Source of the DNA: an uncultured delta proteobacterium
GTDB taxonomy: Bacteria; Myxococcota_A; Polyangia; Palsa-1104
DNA: 64,000 bases
Assembly (NCBI GenBank): GCA_963785725.1
Contig: CAWAWS010000003.1
Coordinates: 192,001 to 256,000 of the forward strand
Direction: 5' to 3'
The notes under the pieces were generated by a model, which was not told the DNA's origin, made no database searches, and saw only the letters and a list, made by a program, of their open reading frames with translations. A program made the translations under genes and the position numbers. Shown one piece after another: positions 18,910 to 28,990 of the stretch; the stretch's first letter is position 1, and every line of letters starts with the position of its first letter.

Positions 18910-19884
18910 ATGTCGAATATGAAAGCGGTCGTTATGTACGAGCCGGGCGGCGCCGACGTGCTCAAAGTCGAGACGCGGCCCATTCCGACGCCACGCGATG
19001 GTGAAGTGCTCATTCGCGTCAAAGCGTTTGGGCTCAATCGCTCCGAGCTCTTTACGCGCCAAGGTCATTCGCCGGGCGTGGAGTTTCCGCGCATTCTCGG
19101 GATCGAAGCGGTCGGCGTCGTCGAGCGCGCGCCGGCCCGAGAATTCGACGCCGGCGATATCGTGGCGACGGCGATGGGCGGAATGGGCCGACAGCGCGAC
19201 GGCGGTTATGCCGAATACACTTGCGTCGCGGCTGGGCAAGTGCAGCGGCTGAAGACGACGCTGCCGTGGGCGACGCTCGGCGCCGTGCCGGAGATGCTGC
19301 AGACGGCCTGGGGCTCGCTCCTCAAGGCGCTGCGGATTCAGCGCGGCGAGCGGCTGCTCATTCGCGGCGGCACGACGTCGGTCGGGCTCGCGGCGGCGGC
19401 GATCGCCAAGCGTCACGGCGTCTCCGTCGTCGCCACGACGCGACAGCCCGATCGCGCCGCGCTCTTGCGACAGAGCGGCGCCGACGAGGTCGTCATCGAC
19501 TCGGGCGCCATCGCGAGTGAAGTGCAAACGCGCTTCGGCGGCGTCGACAAGGTGCTCGAGCTCGTCGGCGTGACCACGTTGAAGGACTCGTTGCGCTGCG
19601 CCAAAGTGGGCGGCATCGTGTGCATGACCGGTATCGTCGGCAATCAATGGTCATTCAGCGAATTCACGCCGATGGAGGCGATACCCACGGCGGTATGCTT
19701 GACCTCTTATTCAGGCGACGCCGACGACTTCATGCGCACACCGCTGCAAGCGCTGGTCGAGCAGATCGCCGCCGGCGAGCTGCACGTGCAAGTCGGCAAG
19801 ACGTTCGCCATCGACGAGATCGTCGCGGCGCATCGCTGCATGGAGGAGAACCAGGCGGGCGGAAAGATCGTCGTGTTGACGTGA
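18910..19884 (+). CDS. NADPH:quinone reductase-like MDR oxidoreductase
   Basis: [31 protein letters not shown]. Confidence 0.92.
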   Translation: MSNMKAVVMYEPGGADVLKVETRPIPTPRDGEVLIRVKAFGLNRSELFTRQGHSPGVEFPRILGIEAVGVVERAPAREFDAGDIVATAMGGMGRQRDGGYAEYTCVAAGQVQRLKTTLPWATLGAVPEMLQTAWGSLLKALRIQRGERLLIRGGTTSVGLAAAAIAKRHGVSVVATTRQPDRAALLRQSGADEVVIDSGAIASEVQTRFGGVDKVLELVGVTTLKDSLRCAKVGGIVCMTGIVGNQWSFSEFTPMEAIPTAVCLTSYSGDADDFMRTPLQALVEQIAAGELHVQVGKTFAIDEIVAAHRCMEENQAGGKIVVLT

Positions 19885-19889
19885 ATCGA

Positions 19890-19927
19890 TACTGAAGCGA
19901 CTGCTTTACTGAAGCCGATACTTCAGT
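19890..19927. repeat. Intergenic ACTGAAG palindrome element, copy 2
   Basis: TACTGAAGCGACTGCTTTACT (19890-19910) overlapping ACTGAAG-CCGATA-CTTCAGT (19908-19927); between convergent genes. Confidence 0.7.
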
Positions 19928-19948
19928 GTCATAATCAAATGCAGCGCT

Positions 19949-21412
19949 TCACTTGGCGAGATAGTCGCGCGCGGCGGTGGCGGCGAATACGCCTTTGGTC
20001 TCGTCGATCGCGTGGTCGCGGTCATTGAAGCCGGCGCTGACGAAGAGCCAATGGTCGTCGCCTTTACGCCGCAAGAGCCACGTCAGGTTGAGGACGCCGG
20101 GCTCGCTGCCGCCTTTGTAGCCGATGTATTCGTAGGCGCCGGTGTCGTCGACGATTCCGGGATTCAGCGACAAGATCGCCTTGACGGGCGCGGTCGCCGG
20201 CACTTGCGCGTGCGCCGCCAACGACGCCATCAGCTTGCAGAGATCGTCGGGCGACGCGAAATACTCGAGGGAATCGATCTGGCGCGGCTTTTCCCAGCCG
20301 GCGGCGCTCTTGAGCGCCTCGTGTAAGTCGCGCGCGGCAAAGGTCGACAGCAGCTTACGCTTGTGCGCGACGTCGGCGTGCGCATAAGCGGTGAGCTCGG
20401 CCGGCGTCGTCGCCAGCTTGAGCGCGAACAGCTCGCGGGTCGACAAGAAGGGGATCATGCGCGCCGGCGCCGAATGGCCGCTCGCTTTGACCGCGGCCTC
20501 GACGGCGGCGCGACCGACGAACGCGAGCAGATGGTCGGTCGCCGTGTTGTCGCTAATCGAGATCATCTTCTCGGCGACTTGGCGAACGGTGAAGGTCTTG
20601 CCCGCCGGCGCGTCTTGCAGCTCGCCCGACGGCAGGCTCTTCTTGGCCTCGTCGATCGTAATCAGTTCGTCCCACGAATGCTGCCCTGCGGCGATTTGTC
20701 GCGCCAACGCTTCGAGGATGTAGAGCTTGAAGGTCGAGCCGAGCGCGAGGATCTTTTGCGGCTCGATCGCCGAGCGCGCACGGCATTGTCCGCCGGAGAT
20801 GTCGGCCGCCAGGAAGCTTACGTTGGGCGCGACGGCGCGCAGCCGCGCGTGCACGTCATCCCATGACGTCGCCGGCGGCGCGTCGGCCACCGGCCGCAAG
20901 AGCAGGCCCGTCAGGCGCTGCGGCGCCACCGCCTCGACGCGCAGCGAGAGCTTGACCTTCGCGCCCTGGGCTTGTGGATTTCCCGAGCGCACGACCGCGA
21001 CGAGCTGGCCGTCGGCCGACTCCTCGACGTGCTCAATCGTGAGCGGCGGCAGCTGCTGGCTCAGCTGCGCGAAGAGCGCGGCCACTTGCGACAACGGCAC
21101 CTGCGCGACGAACGACTCCGCGAAGTGCGGCGCCGCGTCGGCCGCGCTCGGCGGATGCGCGATCGCCGCCAGCACCCACACCAGCTGCCGGCCGGTGGCG
21201 CTATCGGGCACGCCCGCCGGCAAAGCCGGCGCGGCCGGCGATGGTGCGGCGGCGGCGCGGTCAGCGGGGCGCGGCGGCGCGGGCGCGACTTGCGCGGCGG
21301 TCGCCATGCGCGGCGCGGCCGATTGCGCGGCTTTCGTGCATGCCGACAGTGGCAACAGCAACGTCAATGCCAAACGCAAACGAAGGGAAACAGTCATGGA
21401 TTGTGCGCTCAT
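19949..21412 (-). CDS. Class A beta-lactamase-fold serine hydrolase lipoprotein (LpqF/Cpe-like)
   Basis: LSAC lipobox; STFK (SxxK), SDN, KGG motifs; N-terminal accessory domain; start 21412 or 21397. Confidence 0.88.
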   Translation of the reverse strand: MSAQSMTVSLRLRLALTLLLPLSACTKAAQSAAPRMATAAQVAPAPPRPADRAAAAPSPAAPALPAGVPDSATGRQLVWVLAAIAHPPSAADAAPHFAESFVAQVPLSQVAALFAQLSQQLPPLTIEHVEESADGQLVAVVRSGNPQAQGAKVKLSLRVEAVAPQRLTGLLLRPVADAPPATSWDDVHARLRAVAPNVSFLAADISGGQCRARSAIEPQKILALGSTFKLYILEALARQIAAGQHSWDELITIDEAKKSLPSGELQDAPAGKTFTVRQVAEKMISISDNTATDHLLAFVGRAAVEAAVKASGHSAPARMIPFLSTRELFALKLATTPAELTAYAHADVAHKRKLLSTFAARDLHEALKSAAGWEKPRQIDSLEYFASPDDLCKLMASLAAHAQVPATAPVKAILSLNPGIVDDTGAYEYIGYKGGSEPGVLNLTWLLRRKGDDHWLFVSAGFNDRDHAIDETKGVFAATAARDYLAK

Positions 21413-21455
21413 ATAATCAGGCCTTTGCATTCGAATGGGCGAACATTGAATTGCG

Positions 21456-22049
21456 TTATGGGTTATTCGCGGGCGGCTCATCGTCGTTCAAGAGACGGCG
21501 CGCTTCGTCGATCTCGGCCAGCTCCCGCACGACGCGTTTGCGCACCAGCGCGATTCCCAGCCACGACGGCGGAATCGTAATCGCCGCCATGCCGACGAGC
21601 GCGATGAGGTCGGATGGATTGACGTGACGTTTGGCGATGGCTTGCGCGACCGTGATCGCGACCAGCGCGGCGACGAAGCTGCCGACACACCACGGCATGA
21701 AGCGCGCGAGCCGCAGCCGGCCGCGATGGCGCTGCTCGAGCGCGGCCAGCTGCGCCAACGGCGCCGCGCCGGGATCGCCCCAGGTGCCGCGCAGGCTGAC
21801 GTGGACGCGAATGAGGATAGCCATCATCATTGCCGCCACGACCAGCGCGGACAGCGTATCGAAGAGCGATTGGGCCTTGCGCAGCTCGCCCACCAAGAGC
21901 CAGCTCATCGGCACGAAAATCGCGTAAACCAACGAGATTCCAACGATCGTCAGCGTGCGGTTGGCGCGCGCTTTGGCGACGGCATAGGGCATCGGTCGTC
22001 CTCCTTGGTGAAAGGTCGTCTTCAGCCGCTCCCACTCGGGGTCGTTCAT
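21456..22049 (-). CDS. Four-TM membrane protein, probable anti-sigma factor
   Basis: ATGA overlap with ECF sigma; EWERLK N-terminus; four hydrophobic helices. Confidence 0.7.
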   Translation of the reverse strand: MNDPEWERLKTTFHQGGRPMPYAVAKARANRTLTIVGISLVYAIFVPMSWLLVGELRKAQSLFDTLSALVVAAMMMAILIRVHVSLRGTWGDPGAAPLAQLAALEQRHRGRLRLARFMPWCVGSFVAALVAITVAQAIAKRHVNPSDLIALVGMAAITIPPSWLGIALVRKRVVRELAEIDEARRLLNDDEPPANNP

Positions 22050-22600
22050 GGCTTCTCCAGCTCGACGCGCAGGGCGGCGCGCGCGCGGTTGAGGCGGACG
22101 GCGACGTTGCCCGCGGAAATGCCGAGGCAGACGCCGATCTCGGCTTGCGTCAGGTCTTCGAGCGCCAGCGTCAGCACCTGCCGATAGGCGACGCTGAGGC
22201 GGCGAATCGCGGCATAGAGGCGCGCGACCTCTTGGCGGCCGGCGGCGCGCGTCTCGGGGCTGGGCGCGTCATCGGCGGGCGAGCGATCGTCGGTGAGCGC
22301 GTCGGCGCCGCGCAGTCGCCGGCGCGCCAGATGCGTGAGCGCGCGGTTGTGGGCGACGCGATAGACGAACGTCTGCTCCGAGCAGTCGCCGCGAAACGCC
22401 GGCAAGGCGTTCCACAAGGCGACGGCGATCTCTTGCGCGAGGTCGTCTTGGTCGGCCGGGCGCGCGTAAGCGGCGACGACGCGGCCGAGGGCGCTGCCAT
22501 ATTGCCGCAGGAGCTCGGCGAAGCGCGCGTCGTCGGCGTTCACGGCGCGGGCGCCGGGCGCGACGGCAAAGGCGCGAACGCTCGCTTCTTCATCGGTCAC
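22046..22600 (-). CDS. ECF RNA polymerase sigma factor
   Basis: DDLAQEI, FRGDCSEQTFVYRVAHN, EIGVCLGIS..NVAVRLNRAR. Confidence 0.93.
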   Translation of the reverse strand: MTDEEASVRAFAVAPGARAVNADDARFAELLRQYGSALGRVVAAYARPADQDDLAQEIAVALWNALPAFRGDCSEQTFVYRVAHNRALTHLARRRLRGADALTDDRSPADDAPSPETRAAGRQEVARLYAAIRRLSVAYRQVLTLALEDLTQAEIGVCLGISAGNVAVRLNRARAALRVELEKP

Positions 22601-22607
22601 AGCATAA

Positions 22608-22635
22608 TAGTCTCGTGCGCCCCGCGAACATTACA
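22608..22635 (-). promoter_or_regulatory. Candidate ECF autoregulatory promoter
   Basis: TGTAAT-N17-GACTA on minus strand ending 8 nt before the GTG start. Confidence 0.4.
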
Positions 22636-22707
22636 GGCGACCTGCGCGTGTGACTTGGCGCATTCGCGAAGTGCCGCGACAGTAGGCGTTACGCGATCGG
22701 CGCAGGG

Positions 22708-24846
22708 TCAGGCGTGGCGACGGATATTCCGCGGCGCGGGGTGATGCCGGCGCGGCTTGGGCGACGGCTGACGCCAGCCGAGCACCGAGCCGAAGCCGGC
22801 GTTCGTGCCGTCGGGGCCGCCGATGGTGACGAAGTGGCCGCTCGCCGTCGGCTGCAGCCCGCCGGCGCCGCCGAGGTAGACGTAGACCACGCCGACGCCG
22901 CCGTTGCCGCCGGACGCGCCGACGGCGACCTCGGCGTAGCCGTCACCGTTGCTGTCGCCGACGCCGATGACGGGACGGCCGAAGCCGGCGGAGTCGCCGA
23001 GCGCGCCGGGGATGGCGAGCCCGGGCATGCGATAGCCGCCGGTCGCGGCGCCGTAGTAGACGAACACCTTGCCGGGATTGGCGCCCGACAGCTGCTCGCC
23101 GACGATGAGGTCGCCGTAGCCGTCGTTGTCGAGATCGCCGGCGCCGCTGAGGACGATGCCGTACGAGGCGTTCGCGCCGTCGGGGCTGTCGATGGTGATG
23201 ACGGACGATGCGACCGCGGGGGTGATGCCGCTCGAGCCGCCGAGGTAGATGTAGACGCGCCCGCTCTGCGCGTTGTAGCCCCAGGCGCTGACGAGGATGT
23301 CGCTGTAGCCGTCGCCGTTCAGATCGGTGGTGGAGATGGCGGCGCCGAAGTAGGACTCGCCGGGCTCGGGGCCGAGCACGTTGCTGACGCGGCTGTCGAC
23401 GTTGGGCTGCAGACCGTCGCTGCCGCCGTAATAGACGAGGAGGCGTCCCTCCATGGCCGAGCCGCCGAACTCGGTGCCGACGATGAGGTCGCCGTAGCCG
23501 TCACCGTTGACGTCGGCGGCGCCGACGCCGTCGCCGAACTCGGAGTCGGCGACGTCGACGCCGCTGACGACGATGACGCGCGACGGGTCGGAGGGGTTCA
23601 CGCCGCCGGCGCTGCCGAGGAAGACGTAGACGCTGCCGACGTCGTCGGTTCCGGCGACGGTGGCGGAGTTTGCCGCGACGAAGAGGTCGGCGTAGCCATC
23701 GCCGTTGATGTCGCCGGCGCAGCCGATGAGCTCGCCGAAGTCGGACATGGTGCCGGCGCTCGACGGGGTCGTGATCGTCTGCACGGCGCTCGCGACCGAC
23801 GGATGCACGCCGTTGATGCTGCCGTAGTAGATGGAGACGCTGCCGCTGACGTTGCTGACGGCGACGTCGCCGAAGCCATCGCCGTTGATGTCGCCGGCGG
23901 CGGCGACCTGGAAGCCGAAGCTGACGTTGCTCGCGTCGGGCGCGTCGATCTCCTGCGACGTGGCGCCGGGCGAATTCAGGCCGGTGGGACCGCCGAGGAA
24001 AATGTGGACTTTGCCGGCGGTGTTGCCGCTGCCCATGGGCGCGGCGATGGCGAGGTCGGCGTAGCCGTCGCCGTTGACGTCGAGCTGCGCCGTATTGCTG
24101 GTGTCGGCGGCGACGGTGGCGATGGTGGCGCCGACGAACAGCTGCCACGTCGCGCTCGCCATATCGCTACCGCCACCGACGGCGTGCACGCGCCAGAAGA
24201 CGGTGCCGGTCGGTAAATCGGCGGTCGGGACGGCGCTCTGGTTGTCGGCGCCGATGGTGACGCTGATGGCGAGCGGGAACGTGCAGGCGCGATCCTGACA
24301 TAATTCGACGGTCGGCGTGCCCGAGCCCGGCAGCTGCCAGCGCAACGTCGGCCGCCGGCGCGTCACCTTCGCCGTCGACAAGGGCGCGATGAGGCGCGGC
24401 GCGACGACGGGACCGAGGTCGACGCCGGTCATGTCGGCGCCGCCGTCGCCGGGCGCGGTCGTCATCGTCGGCGCGAGCATGACGCCGACGTCGGCGCGCG
24501 CGCCGGTGACGACGGTCATCGAATTCTGGCCGCTGCCGACGACGGTCTTGCCGGCATAGGCGACGACGCTCAGCTGCAGCTTGCCGGTGAGCGCGCGCGG
24601 AATGTCGATGCCGAACGTCTTGGCCGGGGGCAAATCGAAGGGCGCGCCGTCCGTCGGGGGCACGGAGAACATGCGCGTCTGCGCATCGAGCGTGGCCGTG
24701 ACCTGCAGCCGCGTCACGCCCTTGACCGGCGCGCCGCTGTCGGCGGTGACGCTGACGAGCATGATGCCGTCGCCTTTGCGGCAGCCGCCCAACACCAGCA
24801 GCGCCGCGCACAACAGCCCACGAATATGCGACGAATGTTTGCGCAT
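22708..24846 (-). CDS. FG-GAP (integrin-alpha-like) seven-repeat beta-propeller lipoprotein
   Basis: LGGC lipobox; seven DxNGDGY/FxD Ca-binding repeats with GxVYVY strands; start overlaps upstream TAA. Confidence 0.9.
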   Translation of the reverse strand: MRKHSSHIRGLLCAALLVLGGCRKGDGIMLVSVTADSGAPVKGVTRLQVTATLDAQTRMFSVPPTDGAPFDLPPAKTFGIDIPRALTGKLQLSVVAYAGKTVVGSGQNSMTVVTGARADVGVMLAPTMTTAPGDGGADMTGVDLGPVVAPRLIAPLSTAKVTRRRPTLRWQLPGSGTPTVELCQDRACTFPLAISVTIGADNQSAVPTADLPTGTVFWRVHAVGGGSDMASATWQLFVGATIATVAADTSNTAQLDVNGDGYADLAIAAPMGSGNTAGKVHIFLGGPTGLNSPGATSQEIDAPDASNVSFGFQVAAAGDINGDGFGDVAVSNVSGSVSIYYGSINGVHPSVASAVQTITTPSSAGTMSDFGELIGCAGDINGDGYADLFVAANSATVAGTDDVGSVYVFLGSAGGVNPSDPSRVIVVSGVDVADSEFGDGVGAADVNGDGYGDLIVGTEFGGSAMEGRLLVYYGGSDGLQPNVDSRVSNVLGPEPGESYFGAAISTTDLNGDGYSDILVSAWGYNAQSGRVYIYLGGSSGITPAVASSVITIDSPDGANASYGIVLSGAGDLDNDGYGDLIVGEQLSGANPGKVFVYYGAATGGYRMPGLAIPGALGDSAGFGRPVIGVGDSNGDGYAEVAVGASGGNGGVGVVYVYLGGAGGLQPTASGHFVTIGGPDGTNAGFGSVLGWRQPSPKPRRHHPAPRNIRRHA

Positions 24847-25463
24847 TAGAACGGATGCACCGTGCCGAAGCTGGAGCTGGCGGTGGCGTTGTCGGCGTGC
24901 GACAAGCCGACGCCGAGGCCGACGCCGAGCCCGATGGCGACGGCGCCGCCGACCGCCGTCCACAGCCACCAGCGCTTGTAGAGCGGCTTTTCCCGCGGCG
25001 CGGGCGCGGCGGCGACGACGACGACCGGCGCCGGCGCGACCGCGACCGGCGGCGCAGGCGTCACGACCGGCGGCGGCGCGACCACGGGTGCTGGCGTCAC
25101 GACCGGCGGCGGCGCCGCCGCGCGCTGCTCGGCGCTCAGCTTCTCCAGCTTCGCGATCATGGCCCGTATCTCGCGCTGATTGGGCGCTTGCGGAACCTTC
25201 GAGAGGTAGGTGCGATAGAAGCGAATGGCGTCGTCGTTCTGCCCGAGCTGGCGATGACACTGCGCGATGTTGAAGAGGAAGTTGGGATCGGGAAAGTTGC
25301 GATAGGCCTCTTTGAAGTCGGTGAGCGCCGGCTCGTATTCGGCCAGGTCGTAATGGCTCGTGCCGCTCGCGAAGGAGGCGCGCGCGGCCGCTTTGTTCTC
25401 CGCACGCGCCGTCGTCAGCGACGTCAGCACGAGGAGGATCGTCAGAGCACGACAGGCGTTCAT
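24846..25463 (-). CDS. Secreted TPR protein with C-terminal membrane anchor
   Basis: Signal peptide; FKEAY..LFNIAQCHRQLG TPR; Pro-rich linker; PLYKRWWLW plus TM. Confidence 0.88.
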   Translation of the reverse strand: MNACRALTILLVLTSLTTARAENKAAARASFASGTSHYDLAEYEPALTDFKEAYRNFPDPNFLFNIAQCHRQLGQNDDAIRFYRTYLSKVPQAPNQREIRAMIAKLEKLSAEQRAAAPPPVVTPAPVVAPPPVVTPAPPVAVAPAPVVVVAAAPAPREKPLYKRWWLWTAVGGAVAIGLGVGLGVGLSHADNATASSSFGTVHPF

Positions 25464-25720
25464 CGCCCGACAGCATACCCGCAAAGCGGGCCGCTTGGCG
25501 ACAGCCGACGCCGCGCGCGCCGGCTACTTCGGCAGCGTCGCCGGGCCGCGGCCGGCCGCAGAAAGCGCGCGCCCGGCGACAGCTACGCGCCGCCGCCGGC
25601 GTGTTCGGCGCGAAGCCGGAGCGAAAACCGTTACCGCATGGGTCGCCATGGAATTCGAATTCGAATCCCTATCGTTCGAATGGTCGGTGTCATTGCGCGT
25701 GAAATCGGCTCATTCGCGGC

Positions 25721-26194
25721 TCATTCGCGACGATTCGGGATGCTGATATTGGCGACCCAGTCTTCGATATCGCGGTGCGCGCCCAGCTTCAGCGCGTCGA
25801 ACTCGTCTTTACCGGTCGTCGCCAGCACGCCGAGCGCGCGCAGGCCTTCGTTGATCGCGGTGCGCGAAATGATCGGCGGCTGAATGAGCTGGCCGTTCTC
25901 CCACACCGCCGTCGCCTGCGTGCCCAAGCTGCCGAAGAGCTCGGCTTCGATATAGGCGACCTTGCCGGCGCGCGACAAACGCACGCAGATCTCGCGAATC
26001 GACGCCGGCAATTCGCTCTCGCCTTCGTCGGTCAAGGGCAAGAACGACAGGCCATATTGCTCGCGCACGCGATCGGTAAACAGCATGAGCGCCTTGCCTT
26101 GCGGCAGCCGCACGGCGCCGAAACCCGAGGCCGCGAACGCCGCGTCTGCCAAGATCTGCTCGTCACCAACTATGCCCTGCATCGTGTAAGACAT
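25721..26194 (-). CDS. Conserved hypothetical protein
   Basis: GGAGGAG RBS before ATG 26194; AYIEAELFG..GTQ, INEGLRALGV, DEFDALKLG. Confidence 0.75.
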   Translation of the reverse strand: MSYTMQGIVGDEQILADAAFAASGFGAVRLPQGKALMLFTDRVREQYGLSFLPLTDEGESELPASIREICVRLSRAGKVAYIEAELFGSLGTQATAVWENGQLIQPPIISRTAINEGLRALGVLATTGKDEFDALKLGAHRDIEDWVANISIPNRRE

Positions 26195-26545
26195 CGCGAG
26201 CGACTCCTCCTGCCGAATCCGCAAACGGGCGACAGCATCGCGTGAGCGGCGTCACTTTGGCAATAGCCGCATTTCCGCTAACGGCTTCACACGTCGGCGA
26301 TATTCGTCGGTTATCGTTGCTTCGTCCTACGCTGGCGGCGCGCACTCTCACCCGTCATCGATATCGCATACCGATTACTCATATTCGCGATCGTTGGCGA
26401 TATGACAAAGCGCGATTGGCGATTGATGGCGATTACAAATGTTCGATCGGCGAGGGCGGCAATCCCGAGGAGCCGCTGGCGCAAGGTGTGTCGGAGGTCG
26501 TCAATCCTGCGCTGCCGAGGACAGCGTAGGATCGTGCTCGCCGGT

Positions 26546-28990
26546 TTAGAGTGTAGCCAAGAAGGCCAGCAGCGCCGTTCGTTGCGTCGCGGTCATGTTG
26601 ACGAACGCCTGCTGCGCATTGGCGCCTTCGCCGCCGTGCCACAAGATGGCTTCTGTCAAGCTGCGCGCGCGACCGTCGTGCAGATAGGCTTCGCCGCCGC
26701 TCACGCCCGCCGTCAAACCGATTCCCCAGAGCGGCGGCGTACGCCATTCCGCGCCCGACGCGATGCCTTCCGGCAGATTGTCGGCGAGCCCGACGCCCAT
26801 ATCGTGCAGCAACAAGTCGGTATAGGGATGAATCGTTTGGCTGCGCAATTCGGTCTTGGGCGCGAAGGCGCTCGTCGTCAACGTCGCCGTATGGCACGAC
26901 GCGCAGCCGGCGCTGGCAAAGAGCGCCTCGCCCGCCAGCGCCGTCGGATCGTCATAGCTGCGACGCGCGGGAACGCCGAGCAGCCCGACATAACGGACCA
27001 GCTCGTCGACCGCCGCGTCTTCGATCGCCGCCGCGCCGTTGTCACAACCGGTCTGCGCGCTGCCGCAATCGAGCGTCGCGAACCCCGAGCTCTTGACGCT
27101 CATATCGCGATTGAGCGCGGTGACGATCTGATCATTCAAGCTCGCCTGCGCCGCTTTCCAGCCGAAGCGACCCATCCGCGGCTGTCCCGTCGTCCGATCG
27201 GTCACGACCGACATACGACCGGAGATGCCGTCGCCATTGGCGTCATTGACGTCGACCATGGCCGCGATCGCGCTCTCCGGCACCGCTTCCAACAGTCCCA
27301 AGCCGACCAATTGCGGCGTATTGCGCATCGAATAGTAGCTGGGAATGGCGCCGCTACCGGAATACTTCGGGCGCTGTAGCTGATACGCCGTTCCATCGGC
27401 GAACGCGCCGTTTTGCGTAATCCAGCTGTTGATATTGGCGCTGCCTTCGGAGCTGCCATTCAAATTGAACGGCTGCAGCTGCGAGCCCAGCTGCGGGTTG
27501 GGCGTGACCACCCCGCCCGCGACAGTGCCGACTTTGACCGACGTCGTCGTCAGCGTCGCGCCAATCGCGCCCGGCAAGGCGCGACCATTGTTGACGTGAC
27601 AGGTCTCGCAGCTCTGCACGACATAATTGCCGCCGATCTTGTTCATTTCGTCGGTAAAGACAGGATTGCCCGGCTCCGAATGCGTGCCGTCGAGGAAGTT
27701 GGTGTGGAACAGGCGACGTCCTTCGACCCACGGCTGCGCGTTATTGGGCGACATATTCGTCGCCATTTGGATGAAGCGCAGATCGGGCTCGTTCGAATAG
27801 GGATAATTGAGCGTCGTCGCGCCGCCGGTCAACCCGATCGGATCCATCGGATAGGAGTCGTTATTCGAGCCTTCGCCGATGAAGGGCTGAATCCCGCCGC
27901 TGCCGACCACATACAACATGACGCTCGAGTAGTAGTTGAAACGATCGTCGAACGGCGCCGCCAAGAAGATACCCACCTCTACTTCCATACGATCGCCGAT
28001 TTGAATCGCCCGATTCTCTTTCGGGTTCGTCGTAATCGTCGCCGTATAGAGGTAATCATTCACGGTCGTAAAATCGGCGTTGTAGAAGTATTCGGCGACG
28101 GTGGTAATGCCGCGAAAGAACGCGCGCACGTTGGGCGCGTCTTGCGGATGAATCGTATGCAGGTTGATCGTGATCGAATTGCCGCCTTTGGCGACCGTGT
28201 CGATGATCTCGAGATAGTGCGTGCGATCGACGAAATAGAACGGCAGAAAGTGCTCGTAGATATGAAAAACGGCCTCGCGCGCGTGGCGATCGCGCACGCG
28301 GTCACCGACCGTCGTGACGATGGCCGTGCCGATGTCGGTGATGGTCGCGGGCTCGGGCGTCGTCGCGCTGTTGAAGAGCGGCACGATCGTCCCGCTCAGG
28401 TCGGTGCCGCCGGTCGTCGGTCCGGCCGTGATGATCGGCGTCGGATAGGGCGTGCCTGTGGGCGCGGTCGTCGTCGTCGTCATGTCGGGGCTCGTCGCCA
28501 TGTCGGCGCTGCCGCCACCGCCGCCGGCTGTCCCGCCGCCGGCCGCACCGCCGCCGCCGGCCGCACCGCCACCGCCGGCGCTGCCACCACCGCCGCTGCT
28601 GCCGACGCTCAGATCGGGCGGCGCCGACACGCTGCCGCCTTGCACGTATTCGGCGGCCGGCGAGTCATGCGCGCACTGACAGCTCAAGTCGTAATACGTG
28701 AAGTTGTAATCGACGACGGTGCCGATACTGAGATTGCTCAACGTATATTGATTGTCGTTATTGGGCTCGACCGTCATGCGGATATTGAGCTGCTGCCCGC
28801 CGTTGACGTGATAATGGATATCCGCCCATAACGCGTTATTCACGAAGAATACCGCCGACGAGCCGACGCCGTTGACGCCGAATCCGGCGGTGGTGTCGGC
28901 GAAGATTTGCGCTTGTTGATCGTCCTTCGTCGGGCCGCAGCCCGCCAGCCAACAGAAGGCCATCGCCATCGCCATACGCTGCAGAGACAT
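26546..28990 (-). CDS. Di-heme oxidoreductase (DHOR) family lipoprotein with N-terminal CBM56-like domain
   Basis: GGAGG RBS; LAGC; CETCH and CASCH; GRFGWKA, PYTDLLLHDMG, EWRTPPLWG, YLHDGRAR, AILWHGGE; WADIHYHVNGGQQLNIRM domain. Confidence 0.9.
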   Translation of the reverse strand: MSLQRMAMAMAFCWLAGCGPTKDDQQAQIFADTTAGFGVNGVGSSAVFFVNNALWADIHYHVNGGQQLNIRMTVEPNNDNQYTLSNLSIGTVVDYNFTYYDLSCQCAHDSPAAEYVQGGSVSAPPDLSVGSSGGGGSAGGGGAAGGGGAAGGGTAGGGGGSADMATSPDMTTTTTAPTGTPYPTPIITAGPTTGGTDLSGTIVPLFNSATTPEPATITDIGTAIVTTVGDRVRDRHAREAVFHIYEHFLPFYFVDRTHYLEIIDTVAKGGNSITINLHTIHPQDAPNVRAFFRGITTVAEYFYNADFTTVNDYLYTATITTNPKENRAIQIGDRMEVEVGIFLAAPFDDRFNYYSSVMLYVVGSGGIQPFIGEGSNNDSYPMDPIGLTGGATTLNYPYSNEPDLRFIQMATNMSPNNAQPWVEGRRLFHTNFLDGTHSEPGNPVFTDEMNKIGGNYVVQSCETCHVNNGRALPGAIGATLTTTSVKVGTVAGGVVTPNPQLGSQLQPFNLNGSSEGSANINSWITQNGAFADGTAYQLQRPKYSGSGAIPSYYSMRNTPQLVGLGLLEAVPESAIAAMVDVNDANGDGISGRMSVVTDRTTGQPRMGRFGWKAAQASLNDQIVTALNRDMSVKSSGFATLDCGSAQTGCDNGAAAIEDAAVDELVRYVGLLGVPARRSYDDPTALAGEALFASAGCASCHTATLTTSAFAPKTELRSQTIHPYTDLLLHDMGVGLADNLPEGIASGAEWRTPPLWGIGLTAGVSGGEAYLHDGRARSLTEAILWHGGEGANAQQAFVNMTATQRTALLAFLATL

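Noticed and set aside
19949..21412. Antibiotic-resistance beta-lactamase
   Set aside because: KGG motif, extra N-domain and lipid anchor fit LpqF-like hydrolases; activity cannot be inferred
22708..25476. The 922-aa ORF as a single protein
   Set aside because: Its first ~210 codons are an off-frame reading of the TPR gene; the real start is ATG 24846 with a lipoprotein signal
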